DNA of 63,409 bases, counting the filler, from Licmophora abbreviata (taxonomy: Eukaryota), in the NCBI GenBank assembly GCA_900291995.1. It is 11 parts of 11 records of this genome, joined end to end, with 100 filler letters (N's around TTAATTAATTAA, not from the genome) between each part and the next. Parts side by side here need not be neighbours in the genome. Positions count along the whole stretch, not along the records: positions 34,611 to 49,311 come from OLMU01000598.1; positions 49,412 to 62,063 come from OLMU01000599.1; 9 more parts are not named here. One strand, written 5' to 3'. Positions within the stretch are counted from its first letter, which is position 1, and each line of letters begins with the position of its first letter. Shown here piece by piece: positions 47,946 through 60,022 of the stretch. Under the pieces are notes generated by a model. It made no database searches and had not been told where the DNA came from. It was given only the letters and a program-made list of their open reading frames with translations. A program made the position numbers and the translations under genes.

Positions 47946-49100
47946 TTAGGTATTTTGCGTACTTTGCAAGTGTGTGAATGCAAGGCTCATTGTAGCAGCC
48001 CACTTTATCTCTTTGAATTCACCGTTTTGGACTGCCGCTTCCGCTTGCTGTCGTGACATGCGCACCAACGCCTGCGGTTCAGCATCGCCCGTTCTCCCGT
48101 AAGTGGCAGTCCCGCCCTCTTCGACGAGCGGCACTGCCCCCTTCAAAAGATACGAGTACAGAAAACCTCCCCCGCGATTTGCCATAGTGCGGTATCGCCC
48201 CAAAAAGATCCAATCTGGCTCGTCCAAAGGTACAGTGCCCATAGCCAGACCGTATTCATCGAGCGCGCGAGTCTGCTGAAAGTTTCGAAATAAATTCTCT
48301 TTCCTGCCTGCCTTGGTCGTACTAGATAAGAAACTCAAACTCTGCTTCGATCCGACTCCTAATTCTTCCATCACTTCTCGCCGCGCCGCGTCAAACGGCG
48401 ACTCGCCTTTGTCTGACTCAATCATTCCGCCGACAATAGCCAGCGTCTCTCCGGGTATCGCATACTTGTGCTGCTGAAACATCAGAAACTCCTGATCTTT
48501 TGTATAAACGGCAACGTTAATGGCATCCCGTTCTTCCTTTAGAGTATGCGGCGATCATATACCGGTTATTGTTGCCATGATGAGTTGTGGTGATGGATGG
48601 ATGGTACAACGACAAAGAATCATGTCAACATAAAAGAATAGCTTACCATGAAGAGCCAATCGTCGATAATGTGTTTTCCGTCCTCAGTCAATACAGAATG
48701 CACTTCGCATCGCGCAAATGGCGTTTCTCCAAGCACCTTCTTACCCAGTGTTCGGTTGGTCTTCCACAGGAACGTGCCGCTAGACGCTGATTCGTAGACT
48801 CCCCCTCTCCGCACTTTGGGTCGTCCGCCCAACGTGTCTCGAAACTTGAAGCGCGTCTCTTCCTCGTTCAATGACGTTTTCAGTAGACTGAAAATGACTG
48901 AGCATAAGGGGCGTATCGAACAAGTTTGAAACGGAGAGGCAGTGAGCAGCAGGACGACACCAAGCAACGCACCCACAAATGCAATACAAAAGCGTACCGA
49001 GAGGAATCGATACCAAAAGTATCAGCCCTGTACACAGAGGACCATGCCGAATCGTATTTCTATATCGGGAGGAGAGCACTGGAACAGTCATGATGGTGTT
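47946..49100 (-). CDS. Nudix hydrolase with N-terminal membrane anchor; intron about 48538-48645, start uncertain
   Basis: Nudix box GGMIESDKGESPFDAARREVMEELG; DDWLFM|EERDAINVAV splice; probable frameshift near 48990. Confidence 0.75.
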
Positions 49101-49442
49101 GAACGTGAGCAAAGCAACTCTCGCACTTTCTCATGGTCGAAGGTCGAATGATAGAAAAGAGCGCTGCGCGATCACACTCATCCCCGCTCGTGACTGAGAG
49201 TTTTGAGTCGGAGGAGTCATCAAGTCTGTATTCTGATGACATTCCGAATTTGGTGTTGATTGATGGCGCAGAGTTCGCGTTTGTTGTTGGCATCGATCCG
49301 ATTGGCGCAGCNNNNNNNNNNNNNNNNNNNNNNNNNNNNNNNNNNNNNNNNNNNNTTAATTAATTAANNNNNNNNNNNNNNNNNNNNNNNNNNNNNNNNN
49401 NNNNNNNNNNNGACCGACGACAATCATCACAACAACACCGAA

Positions 49443-52400
49443 ATGATGATGCTTCGGCGAGGCAGTAGCCGTCTCCCAACGATGGGAAGGCGCGTCCTTG
49501 CGGTACCTATTGCCTCACAACAACGACGGACCATGCTAACTTCTGCCGTCGCACAAGATGTCACCAAAATTCTGTCCCGGGAACAGGACAAGACCGCGTG
49601 GCAGCCCGAACACAACCTTGACATTCAGCGTGTCACACAGTCTGCCATGGTAAGACTTCATCTTGGGATGTCATTCTGTCTCTCTCAGTTTCTTTTAAAA
49701 AAATCTTTTCCGTTAAACTCACTTTGGTTGCCCTATCCTTGCAATTCTCGTTGACAGATTCATGAATTAACGAAACAACAGGTTCAGACTATTGAGACCG
49801 TCGTTCCCTGGTTCCTCGGCAACATGCCGGTATGTCAACATGCTTGTCGATTGGAAACCATGCTGCAATTCTCACTTGGCTATCCGCACTCTTCTCGTTC
49901 GCTTTCGATCAGCCGTCCTACTTTCGTCAAGTACCCGAGCCCTTTCGTGTGGACCACATCAAGGCCATCAGTGCCATCAAAACGACCGAGATGGACTGTA
50001 CGTGCATTGTCAAGATTGCATGTTTACTGCACAGTGATTCACATTTTTGACCCTCATCCTCCTTACAAGCATGTTCTATGCCTCCCTTCAATCGTTCAGT
50101 GCACTTGAATTTACAGTCGCATCTCCCAGACGGACGCGTTGTATTGACACGCGTTCGCCCCGGTACCCAGCCTGGTGTGCTGTTGAACATGGTCAAGGAA
50201 CTACCTTGGAACCAAACCAGTGACAAGTTTCTTCCGCTTTCCCGTGTTCGGGTCTTTTCCGCCAAAGACGAAAGCATGTCGCTCAACGTCTTTGTGTTTG
50301 GCGAGGAAGAACGAGCCGCCGATTTGAGCGTCGAAGAGGCAGGAGCGAAGATTATTGAATACGCCGAGAAACTGCAGCAAGGAGAGTTTGAATTGGACGA
50401 TCGTCACCCCAAGCCGTCGCCGCTGTTCAACAAAGACAGTATTGTCGAATATCTCCACAATTGCAGCGAGACGTATATCAGCGCTTTGTCGCGGACAGAC
50501 CCGCGTCGTTTCCTGCGACACATGGAGCTTGTTGAACAGGTGTCGGGGACTGAGCGATTGGTGGTCAACACGGAGGCAGCCGACGACGAGGAGCTGGGCC
50601 CTCATTGCTACTGGATTGATATTGCTGTGTCAAACTCATTGCCACAAGTTGCTTTGGAAAACGCTGCGCATTTGCTATGTCTACACAAATTCGACGTTGG
50701 AACAGCGCATTTGGACGTGGTGAACGATGCGGAAAATGGCAACGTGACCTTGCTTCGTATTCTAGCATCGCCTGTCAACCACAAACCGGTGGACGATGAC
50801 ACGTTTGAGATATTGCGTCGTGAACTGAAGCGTACCAAGTGGTTGGATCCCTCGACCATGGAGCTGGTGTTTGACAGGTATCCCTGGCTCGGCGTGACTC
50901 GAGGCGAGATCATCACTGGGTTTTGCTCATTGATGCATCCAGTCATGGCCAAGCAGAACGCAGTGGCCTTCTCCAAGGCCACTATTCTCAACGCCGTGAC
51001 GAAGGAGAGGTACATACCTCTCGCCGCCGCGATCGCCGACTTGTTTCTGGATCGATTCGATCCGCGTGGTCCCCTCTCTGACAATCTATTGGCACAGCGC
51101 TCGGATGAGTTGCGGAGTAAGATCGATAATGATGTGGAAGATTCGATGGCGGCCGAACTGTTGAACAAAATGATTGACATCATCGCATTCACGTTGCGAA
51201 CAAACGTTTACATGATCAATCGATACTCGTTGGGTCTTCGTTTGGATCCGGCTGTTATGACGACCGAGAACGACATCAGGGAGCACCCGTACGGCATTGT
51301 GTTTGCGCATGGTCGCCGTTTCAATGGATATCATGTACGTTTCCGTGATATCGCTCGAGGGGGGATGCGGTTGGTGACGCCGCCTACAGCCGAGCAGTAT
51401 GCGCTCGAGTCGGCTACCCAGTACGACGAGTGTTACGGGCTTGCGTATGCACAGCAGCTCAAGAACAAAGACATTCCGGAAGGCGGGAGCAAAGCGGTGA
51501 ACCTGATTGATGTGATTGGACTTTCGGAAGTGGGCAAGAACTTCGTCATGCGAAAGAGTGTCAAGGCCTTTACAGACACTATTCTTGATCTCATTGTCGA
51601 GACGGACGAAACTCGAGAGCGCATGGTCGACTTGCTCGGCAAGAAGGAAGTTCTTTACCTTGGACCCGACGAACAGGTACGGCCTACGACTTGCATGATG
51701 TCGCGGCACGATCAGTGGTGGCAACTTCTATGAAAAGACTTACACTTCTCCTCTCACCGCTCGAATCTCAGGTTATTCCAGAAGACATTAATTGGATCGT
51801 GAAGAACGCAGCAAAGCGTGGATACGACACTCCGAATGCGTTCATGTCTTCCAAACCGCGCCAAGGCATCAACCACAAGGAGTACGGTGTTACGTCCGAA
51901 GGCGTCAATGTCTACCTCGATGTTGCGCTGCGCCACGTCCTTGGTATCGACCCCAAGAAGGAACCGTTCACCGTCAAGATGACGGGTGGTCCTGATGGCG
52001 ACGTGGCTGGAAACGAAATCAAGATTCTCTTTCGCGAGTACGGCGAGAAAGCACAGATTGTTGGTATTGCCGATCATTCAGGCTGCGCTGAAGACCCCGC
52101 AGGTCTCAGTCACGATGAGTTGCTTCGTCTGGTTCACGGAAATATGAATATTTCTCACTTCGATCCACTGAAACTAGGGAGCCAAGGTCGTCTGCATCTC
52201 GCGAACACGGAGGAGGGAATTATTGCTCGCAACAGTATGCACAATCGGTTGGAGGCAGACGCGTTCATTCCCGCAGGTGGACGACCTAGTACGCTGGACA
52301 TGAACAACTTTCGTAACTTTCTCAAGCCCGATGGAACGCCTTCATCCCCTCTAATTGTGGAAGCCGCCAACCTCTTCTTGACGCCCCTGGCAAGGCAGGC

Positions 52401-53231
52401 CCTCTTTGATGAAGCGGGGGTTGTCATTGTGAAAGATTCCAGCGCCAACAAGGGAGGAGTAATTACTTCATCGTACGAAATTTGTGCAGCTATGTTGCTG
52501 ACCGAGGAGGAGTTCTACGACAACAAGGACGAGATCGTCGGTGATGTGTTAGATAAGCTTCGTGCTCTCGCCGAGATGGAAGCAAATCTCTTGTTTCGGG
52601 AATTCGAGAATTATCCTGGTGAGTTGCGAGTTTGAATGATCAACCAGAGACGGATCCATCCGGCCGCGACATCTGACAGGCGTTCTTGTTTGTTTGACAG
52701 GCTCACTTCCGCAAATCTCTCAGTTGATAAGCAACGCAATTAACTTGGCGACCGACGTACTATCAAAGGCTTTGGATGATCTGAGCGATGGTGATAGGGA
52801 CGCATTGATGATCTTGTTTCGGTAAGCAAGTCGCAGGGGCTATTGAATGGTCTGTGACGATGGTGCATGTGCGTCCTTCTGACACAACTGGATCCTATGT
52901 ATCCTCGCTTTTCTGCAGCGACCACTTGCCCAAGACGATATCCGATCTTGCGTTTGATCGAGTTACGGACCGCGTTCCGGATCAATACATCAAGAACGCG
53001 ATCGCGTCGTGCTTGGCGTCCAGGCTGGTGTACAAGGAAGGCACAAAGTTTATCGAAACGCAGGCGCCAGAGAATCTGGCCCGAATCGCCTTTGGTTACG
53101 TTGCCAAGGAGAAGGAGATCGCAGTCCTCAAGGTAGCTCTGGAGGGTGCCGTCATGCCAGAAGACGAAAAGCAGCGGATCTTGGATCTGTTGGACGCTGG
53201 TGGCGCTCGAGCCGCTCTCAAGATCTTTTAA
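49443..53231 (+). CDS. Large NAD-dependent glutamate dehydrogenase, mitochondrial presequence, multi-exon
   Basis: GYHVRFRDIARGGMR, QQLKNKDIPEGGSK, YLGPDE, GINHKEYGVTSEGV, TGGPDGDVAGN, PAGGRP, KDSSANKGGVITSSYE. Confidence 0.93.
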
Positions 53232-53330
53232 GGGATGGATCCGGTCAACTTAGATGCATGGAAACGCACAGGTCTCGGACGAGCCATTGGAACAATGCGA
53301 AGTATAGAATAAAATGATTTAGTCTAAAGA

Positions 53331-53366
53331 GTAGATAGATAAATATATAGATAGGTTGATAGATAG
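53331..53366. repeat. Imperfect (TAGA)n microsatellite downstream of GDH
   Basis: gtagatagataaatatatagataggttgatagatag. Confidence 0.6.
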
Positions 53367-53686
53367 CTTCTATCCCTATAAAAAATCACATCGGACGGAA
53401 TCGAATCCATTGGCGCGAAACCTCATTCAAAATGCAAACAGCGGTACGGAATCTAGAATCTGGAACTTATGAATCGTTCAAAATCATCGTATCACAATAT
53501 TAGTATCATCGACGAGCGATATCTTCGAAAGATCGCTTGTTGAAGTTCCTTCCTGAAAACCTCTCTTTGATGGCTCCAAGTGGCGCCAAACAAACCCATG
53601 TTTTGTCCATGATGAAACGCCCACTCATTGCGGCTTTCTCTCTTGATCACTGCACTGAAAACAGCAACAAAAACGAAACCATTAAA

Positions 53687-55052
53687 ATGTGGAAAGCGAC
53701 AGTACAGATAGTGGCGATAGCTCTGCTGGCATCGGGTGCGACTGGATTCTCGGTGCCCCAGAGTCATGGCGGCAGTGTCAAGCAGTCTCGAACCAACGCT
53801 GCATCGCCCTTGACCATGCTTCCCACCAAGCAACATGCGGGGGCAACCGCCCAACACCGATCACCCGACCGCTCCTTTTATCCGTTCCTCGAAGACGCCT
53901 CGTCGACGGCACTCTTTCTGTCCGACAAACAGACCACCAAGGAGGAGCCCAACAAGCAAGCGTCGGACGGCAGTGGTGGTGTTCGGCAGTTGCTAGGAGT
54001 CAAGGGCGCGACGCAGGAGACAAACATTTGGAAGATTCGTTTGCAGCTGACCAAGCCTGTGACGTGGATTCCGCTCGTGTGGGGTGTCATGTGCGGCGCG
54101 GCAGCTTCGGGCAACTACCACTGGATGTGGAATCCGTTTGATCCCAACGATCGTGACGTCCTCTTGGGATTGGAAGATGCTGCCAAGGGATTTACTGCTA
54201 TGATTCTGGCAGGACCCTTCCTCACTGGCTATACACAAACTATTAATGATTGGTATGATCGTGATATCGATGCCATCAACGAACCCTATCGACCGATTCC
54301 GAGTGGTGCCATCTCGGAAGGCGAAGTCATCTTTCAAATTTGGTTCTTACTCTTGGGAGGAATGGGACTTGCGTACGGACTCGATGCGTGGGCTGGACAC
54401 GACTTTCCGTCCGTCTTGCTGCTCAGTATCTTTGGGTCTTTCATTTCCTACATTTACTCGGCTCCTCCGCTCAAGCTCAAGCAGAACGGCTGGGCCGGCA
54501 ACTATGCACTGGGAGCGTCGTACATCTCGCTGCCGTGGTGGTGCGGACAGGCTGTGTTTGGAACTCTGGATCGCCCCGTGTACTGGATTCTGTAAGTGCT
54601 TGTGTCCATGCTTTGATAGCCGTTGTGGTGCACCACTGGCATCTCAAGACTCACGCGTCCCTTTCCACGTCACAAACAGTCCCGTTCTCTATTCGATTGC
54701 CGGATTGGGAATCGCCATTGTCAATGACTTCAAGTCGATCGAAGGAGATCGAGAAATGGGCTTGAACTCACTCCCAGTCGCCTTTGGCGTCGACAAGGCC
54801 AAGTGGATCTGTGCCAGTTCTGTTACACTGACCCAGTTGGGCGTGGCCGCATACTTGTATGGTATTAACGAGCCTCTCTATGCTGCCATTTTGTTGGGAT
54901 TGATTTTGCCGCAAGTGTTCTTTCAGGCGACGCTCTTGTTGCCGGATCCAATTGAGAATGATGTCAAGTACCAAGCGTCGTCACAGCCATTCCTGGTGTT
55001 TGGCATCCTTGCCACGGCTCTGGCGGTGGGCCAACATGACTTTGGAGTATAA
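53687..55052 (+). CDS. chlG: Chlorophyll synthase with bipartite plastid presequence (intron about 54592-54679)
   Basis: WKIRLQLTKPVTWIPL, TQTINDWYDRDIDAINEPYRPIPSG, NDFKSIEGD, DVKYQASSQPF; signal peptide ending ATG-F. Confidence 0.96.
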
Positions 55053-55214
55053 AAAGAAGACATCATGTGGGTATACAAAAAGCATAGAAGGATGATCTTG
55101 CTCTCGCGTTGGTGCCACGGGTACGGTTGTAGCTAGCATGTAACGGTGTGACAAATCTAGCTACTCTACTAGAGAAGCGCTACAACAGAAGTCTGCATTA
55201 GTACAGATTACAAA

Positions 55215-56054
55215 CTACATCATGTTACAAGGAGAAGTATGGGTGGCGGGCTGAGTCGAAGCGGATTGCCTCTCGCGCCGATGCGGTGCATCCTCCATCT
55301 TGGTTGGATCACCGCCAAGAACGTCGACATAGTCTTGATACGTGACGCGTTGCTTGGAACTCTGATAGCGTGTACACTGAATGCTGCGTACAAGACTCTC
55401 TTCCAACGTTCCTCGATAGCCCGCCTTGCGAACCAGCGACTGGACGGCCTCTTGCTGTGTCCATTGTTGATCGCTGGCAACTTCCGGGAGGTACGTGGCT
55501 GAATATTCTCGGTTGTTGTTGGCATCACGAAATCGAATAATAATACCGTGAACTCCCACGATCCAATCGTGACAGTGCAGACATTCTTCGTATTTGACCT
55601 AGAATCAGAATAGAGAGAAGTGCGTGTAAGTATATAGACGACAGTGAAGCTATTGCTTGGTCGTCGCTGGTTACATTCGTACCAACAGTGAGACTCCTAC
55701 TCGCAAGTATGGAAGTTCCTTGATATGAATTGGATCGAAACGTCGATCTCGAAAGGCAGAAGTGAGTGCATAGTCGCGTATGGATGGCACAAGCGGTCTT
55801 GGTGACAGCGTGCCGATGCATCCTCGCAAGTGATAGTGTTCCGACTGTAAATGGGGACGCTTGTCCCACGTAATGAAGAGTGGACATGATATCGTGGCGC
55901 CAGGGAGAGAGTCGACAATACGAATGGATTGTTCTGAAAGCGTACTGCTGGTCGAATGTCGCAGTGTGGGTGTTTTCTGGGACGCATTAGTAGAAGTGGT
56001 GGTGGTCTCAACAAGAAGCTGGTTGACCAAAACGTCAAAGCAATAGTGACACAT
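55215..56054 (-). CDS. AMMECR1-family protein, 2 exons (intron 55599-55682)
   Basis: MCHYCFDVL, CPLFITW, LRGCIGT, SAFRDRRF.PI, ATYLPEVA..Q.W, LVRKAGY, TRYQS. Confidence 0.92.
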
Positions 56055-56652
56055 TTGCGGCGTCGCTACCAGAGCCGAGTCGGAAGACTCCGGTTTGCGT
56101 ACTGCTTCGTGGGGACTGACGATGAGAAAATACCAAAGGATATATATTGTGAGTAACAGTGAACTACAGGAAAGTTTGAGACTCGCATCGAGTCGGCATC
56201 ACGTTGTCGTAGAGCTCACCTCATGAAGTACAACGCTTGTTCGATCCACAGCAAGATACACTACACAAGACTCTCTCCCATAAAACACCCCTGAAAGGAA
56301 GCAGCCCTATCCCTTGTTTCGGAGGCCCTACTATCCAATACAGGGCGATGAGCTCGAGTCGAGTGTGTGTTATGACACACATGGAGTGTTCTTTCTTGCA
56401 GATCTTGTGCAGATTGACGTTCACCTTTGGCGGGAAGCGGCCAGACCCTTGTACAGAAACGGAATGTTTGGAAAAGACGGGCTCCTTCGATGTACGAACG
56501 GGTCAGTATATCCTACACATCGAAAGGAATCTTGCAACTTTAGGCCCTCCACGACCACAGAACGGACACGCACTTTTTGTCTTTTTTTTTCATTCCTCGC
56601 ATCATCACGCCCTGATGTGTGTGTGCACATCACAATCTTCGTCGCCAAGAGA

Positions 56653-58518
56653 ATGATGATGATGACCGTACCAAACATGCACAGGATGAGACTTCTAACA
56701 ATCCTTATCAGTGTTATAGCGTCTTGTGCTGTCGTGACAGTAGAGGCGGCCTTTGGGTCTTCCCCAGCGACGACGAAATCAAGAACAGGTTTCGGTACTT
56801 CCAATTTACGCTCGGGACACAAGATTTCTTCGAATAGGATTAGGCTGCTGGCGAAGACATCGTTGTCATCGAGGCGACGAAAACCGTGCTGGGTCCTTTC
56901 TGGAAGCGACACCTCCTCCGACACTTTTGAAAATAATAATGATCCGAGCAGCGACAAGAAATCATCGGATCCCACGAGCAGCAGCAACAACAACAACAAC
57001 AACAACAACACTGGCGACGCCGCGGATCTTTCCTTCCAAAACAAGGTGCGCGTGGCCAAGCTCGAGGCTGAAATTGATGCCTTGTTGAGCGGTCCCGATG
57101 CACCCTTTGATCTCGAGAGCGAATTGCAAAAGGTGGAGAGCGTCTCCAATGGCCTCAATACGAACTCGGAAGAATACGTGGTGGAACAGCAAGTCGCGCA
57201 GCTCGAAAGCGACTTGTATGCCGCCGTCGAACAGGAAAACTTTGAGCGCGCGTCTTCCATTCAGAGTGACATTTCACAGCGTCATGTCGATGACTGTGGT
57301 GCTGTCTTGCAAGTGAACGCCGCTTTCTACAAGGCCTTTTCTGAAAAGTCGCTTGACAGTATGCAGAAACTGTGGTTGCAGGAGAAGGGCGTCGTTTGCA
57401 TTCATCCGTCTCACAAGGCACTTGTGGGGTACAACGCGGTGCTCCAGTCCTGGAAACACATGTTTGAAACGACCAATGGGAGTTTTCAACGCAACTGGAT
57501 GGAGCCGAGTAACATCCAGTTGATGGTCAAAGGCACGACGGCTATTCTCACCTGCGACGAAGATGTCTTTGCCCGAAGATTCATTCGCGGTCAGCGTCGT
57601 CAGACGGAACGACTCAACAAACTTGCAGCCACCAATATATTTCGCAAAGTGCAAAACAAGTGGTTCATGGTTCATCATCATGCATCGTGGCATGCCGACA
57701 GCGACGCTGCCAAGAGTGCGTTGAACAGCAGTCGGAGCGGAAGTTCCAGTAGCCGCATGGTGGAATCGACGTCGACGACATCGCGGCTTCTCAACAAGCG
57801 GCGCCGTCGTTCGTCCATGGAAGAGCAGCGATTGGCATCGGATGGTATATTGGGAGACTTTGGACCTGTGTTAGGGTCCGAAAGTGATGATACTAAGGAT
57901 GAAAGCAAGAAACCTGTGAAGCGCATCGTGCTCGGAAGTCTCTCTGACATTTTGAATGGTGGCCTGGGGGATATTTTGAACGAAGGTGACAGTGACGATT
58001 CACAAGACGGCAAGGAAGGTGGCGAAGCCGTTATTCAATTCCATCAAGTTGAAATGAACGACGATGGCGAAGATGAATTGGGGGAAGAGGACGAAGAGGA
58101 CGACGAAGAAGGAGATGAAGAAGATGACGGCGGGGAAGCTGTCTCTATAATTCAGGAGTGGGCTTCGACAAAAGATAAAAAGGACGCAGTGGACTCATCT
58201 TCCAAGATTGCATCGTCCCCATCATCACGCAAGGCTTCAAACGCTCCGAAGGATGCATTACGGCAAAGCTGCATTTCGGCACTACGAAAGCTAGCCAACC
58301 AGGGATCGATATCGCCCAAGCAGAAGCGAGTCCTCTTGACTGACATTATCTCCTGCTCCGCCAAGGGCGAGTTTAGCATGGTAGAGGTAGCATACGAGTT
58401 GCTATGTGGGGAAGGAGAAGACAAGGATGCGGCCGAAGAAGAGTTTGCTGACCAGTGTCGAGTATTTGCTCATTCACTGCCCGAGCCGCCACCCTCGATT
58501 GTTGAGTCGGAGTTATAG
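56653..58518 (+). CDS. Probably plastid-targeted UVR-motif + SnoaL/NTF2-like domain protein
   Basis: Signal peptide ending VEAA-F; LYAAVEQENFERASSIQSDI (UVR-like); VNAAFYKAF..MQKLW..CIHP..GYNAVLQSW..ATNIF..WFMVHHHAS (SnoaL-like). Confidence 0.75.
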   Translation: MMMMTVPNMHRMRLLTILISVIASCAVVTVEAAFGSSPATTKSRTGFGTSNLRSGHKISSNRIRLLAKTSLSSRRRKPCWVLSGSDTSSDTFENNNDPSSDKKSSDPTSSSNNNNNNNNTGDAADLSFQNKVRVAKLEAEIDALLSGPDAPFDLESELQKVESVSNGLNTNSEEYVVEQQVAQLESDLYAAVEQENFERASSIQSDISQRHVDDCGAVLQVNAAFYKAFSEKSLDSMQKLWLQEKGVVCIHPSHKALVGYNAVLQSWKHMFETTNGSFQRNWMEPSNIQLMVKGTTAILTCDEDVFARRFIRGQRRQTERLNKLAATNIFRKVQNKWFMVHHHASWHADSDAAKSALNSSRSGSSSSRMVESTSTTSRLLNKRRRRSSMEEQRLASDGILGDFGPVLGSESDDTKDESKKPVKRIVLGSLSDILNGGLGDILNEGDSDDSQDGKEGGEAVIQFHQVEMNDDGEDELGEEDEEDDEEGDEEDDGGEAVSIIQEWASTKDKKDAVDSSSKIASSPSSRKASNAPKDALRQSCISALRKLANQGSISPKQKRVLLTDIISCSAKGEFSMVEVAYELLCGEGEDKDAAEEEFADQCRVFAHSLPEPPPSIVESEL

Positions 58519-58614
58519 GAGCGATGGAAGCAGACGGGACCACAATGCATTTGCTAAACATTTAGATACTTCGTACAATAGTTTGATCAATCTTTTTTGT
58601 TTTAGTGTAGCTCA

Positions 58615-59667
58615 TTATTGCAGTTCAAAGTCGGACGATATTTCCTTGTACTTGTTTCGAATCGCCGTGCTGTAGGGACTGTCACTGTGGTACCAGTTGA
58701 CGACAAAGTCGGGCGCTCGCAAGATATTGACTGTCTTGCAATGGTGATAAATGTGTCCAAAGACAATCCCCAGAAAGTCCAGCAGAGGCACTTCGCCCTC
58801 CAACAAGAAGGTTTGCGCGAGGAAGAACCACGGCAAGAGTTCCGCACGAGTATTGAAGAGCTCAAACATGTTAACTTCCAAGCCCTCGTGGTAGCGACTC
58901 CAAATGTAGACGAGAAATGTCGATAGGTTGTGCCCCAAAAACCTCGGTTCCAGTCGAAAGAATCCATAGCCCGCCACCATGCTGATCATGCCAAAGAGAA
59001 TCATGATCCAAAAGTCGTAGGGTCGATTGTGGTTGAGTCTCTCCAGTGTACTCATGTAAGTCCACATGAAGTGTGCCGTCATGGCGTAGCCAAGTCCGAA
59101 GGGACCAAAGTTGAGAAAGGCTGTGAGAGGTCTCCACAGTTGCATTCTGGTGAGTGTAGGTTTCCATTCCAAGAGGAGTATTTTAGGAAACTGATTCTTA
59201 TCAAAGAGATAGCCCCACAGTGTCGCAAGCATGGAGGCCGACAAGTACGACTTGGTAAGGGGAGGTGTCTTTTTCCAGGCATCCATCATGCGATCCAATG
59301 TATTGTCTTCTGCGAAATCGTCCTCGGCAAGGTCCAAATCGCCATCTAGCTCAAAGTCGCCGTCGTCGAAATCAAAGTCCGAATCGTCATCCGAGTCTTC
59401 GTCGTCACTGTACACGGCACCGCCTCGGACCGACAGGAGGGACAGCCGTGGACTGGTTGGCAGAGGAGAACAATCAAGCTTACTATCGAGATCGAGGAAA
59501 GTCGAGGCTGATTTGCTGGCAAAGACAGAGCCAGTCACACTCCTCGAAGCACCCGTAGTGCGAACCGACGACGAGTGCACAGCGACAGTCGTAGTAGGGG
59601 CCGCCACCAAGAAAAGCCAAAGAGCAGACAAGGTGGTCTTCGGTTTACGTTCTATTCTGGGGGACAT
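58615..59667 (-). CDS. Derlin with N-terminal targeting sequence; probable symbiont-specific sDer1 (SELMA)
   Basis: TPPLTKSY, QLWRPLTAFLNFG, LVYIWSR, LPWF, GIVFGHIY. Long N-terminal extension: signal, Ser-rich transit-like region, RGG, acidic tract. Confidence 0.85.
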   Translation of the reverse strand: MSPRIERKPKTTLSALWLFLVAAPTTTVAVHSSSVRTTGASRSVTGSVFASKSASTFLDLDSKLDCSPLPTSPRLSLLSVRGGAVYSDDEDSDDDSDFDFDDGDFELDGDLDLAEDDFAEDNTLDRMMDAWKKTPPLTKSYLSASMLATLWGYLFDKNQFPKILLLEWKPTLTRMQLWRPLTAFLNFGPFGLGYAMTAHFMWTYMSTLERLNHNRPYDFWIMILFGMISMVAGYGFFRLEPRFLGHNLSTFLVYIWSRYHEGLEVNMFELFNTRAELLPWFFLAQTFLLEGEVPLLDFLGIVFGHIYHHCKTVNILRAPDFVVNWYHSDSPYSTAIRNKYKEISSDFELQ

Positions 59668-60022
59668 GCTGGGACTTCTACTGCTAGATCAATAAGAAGG
59701 GTGCTGTTCACAGTCAACAAAACGGTAGCGACAATCAAACTCATCATTGAGAACATTAGCACATCGCATAACTTCCACTTGGCACATCATCATCCATCAC
59801 AACTTCTTTGGCGCGCTTTTTGCATGAGGCGCGCGTACCATGGCAGGACCGACCATGGAATCTGGAATGTTCACGGCAGAGTGTCTGTGAGCCACTCAAA
59901 AATAAATGTCGGAAAACACAGCAGCCATCACTTGTTTGTTCTGTGCTGTGCGAGTGTTGATACCATCAGCATCATCATCGTCGACTCTTCTGTTTGGTTC
60001 TTCTTCTTATATTGTATACACC

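Noticed and set aside
47691..47946. Possible Nudix-HisB fusion
   Set aside because: In-frame stops, a promoter-like CG motif and a good ATG context lie between the two genes.
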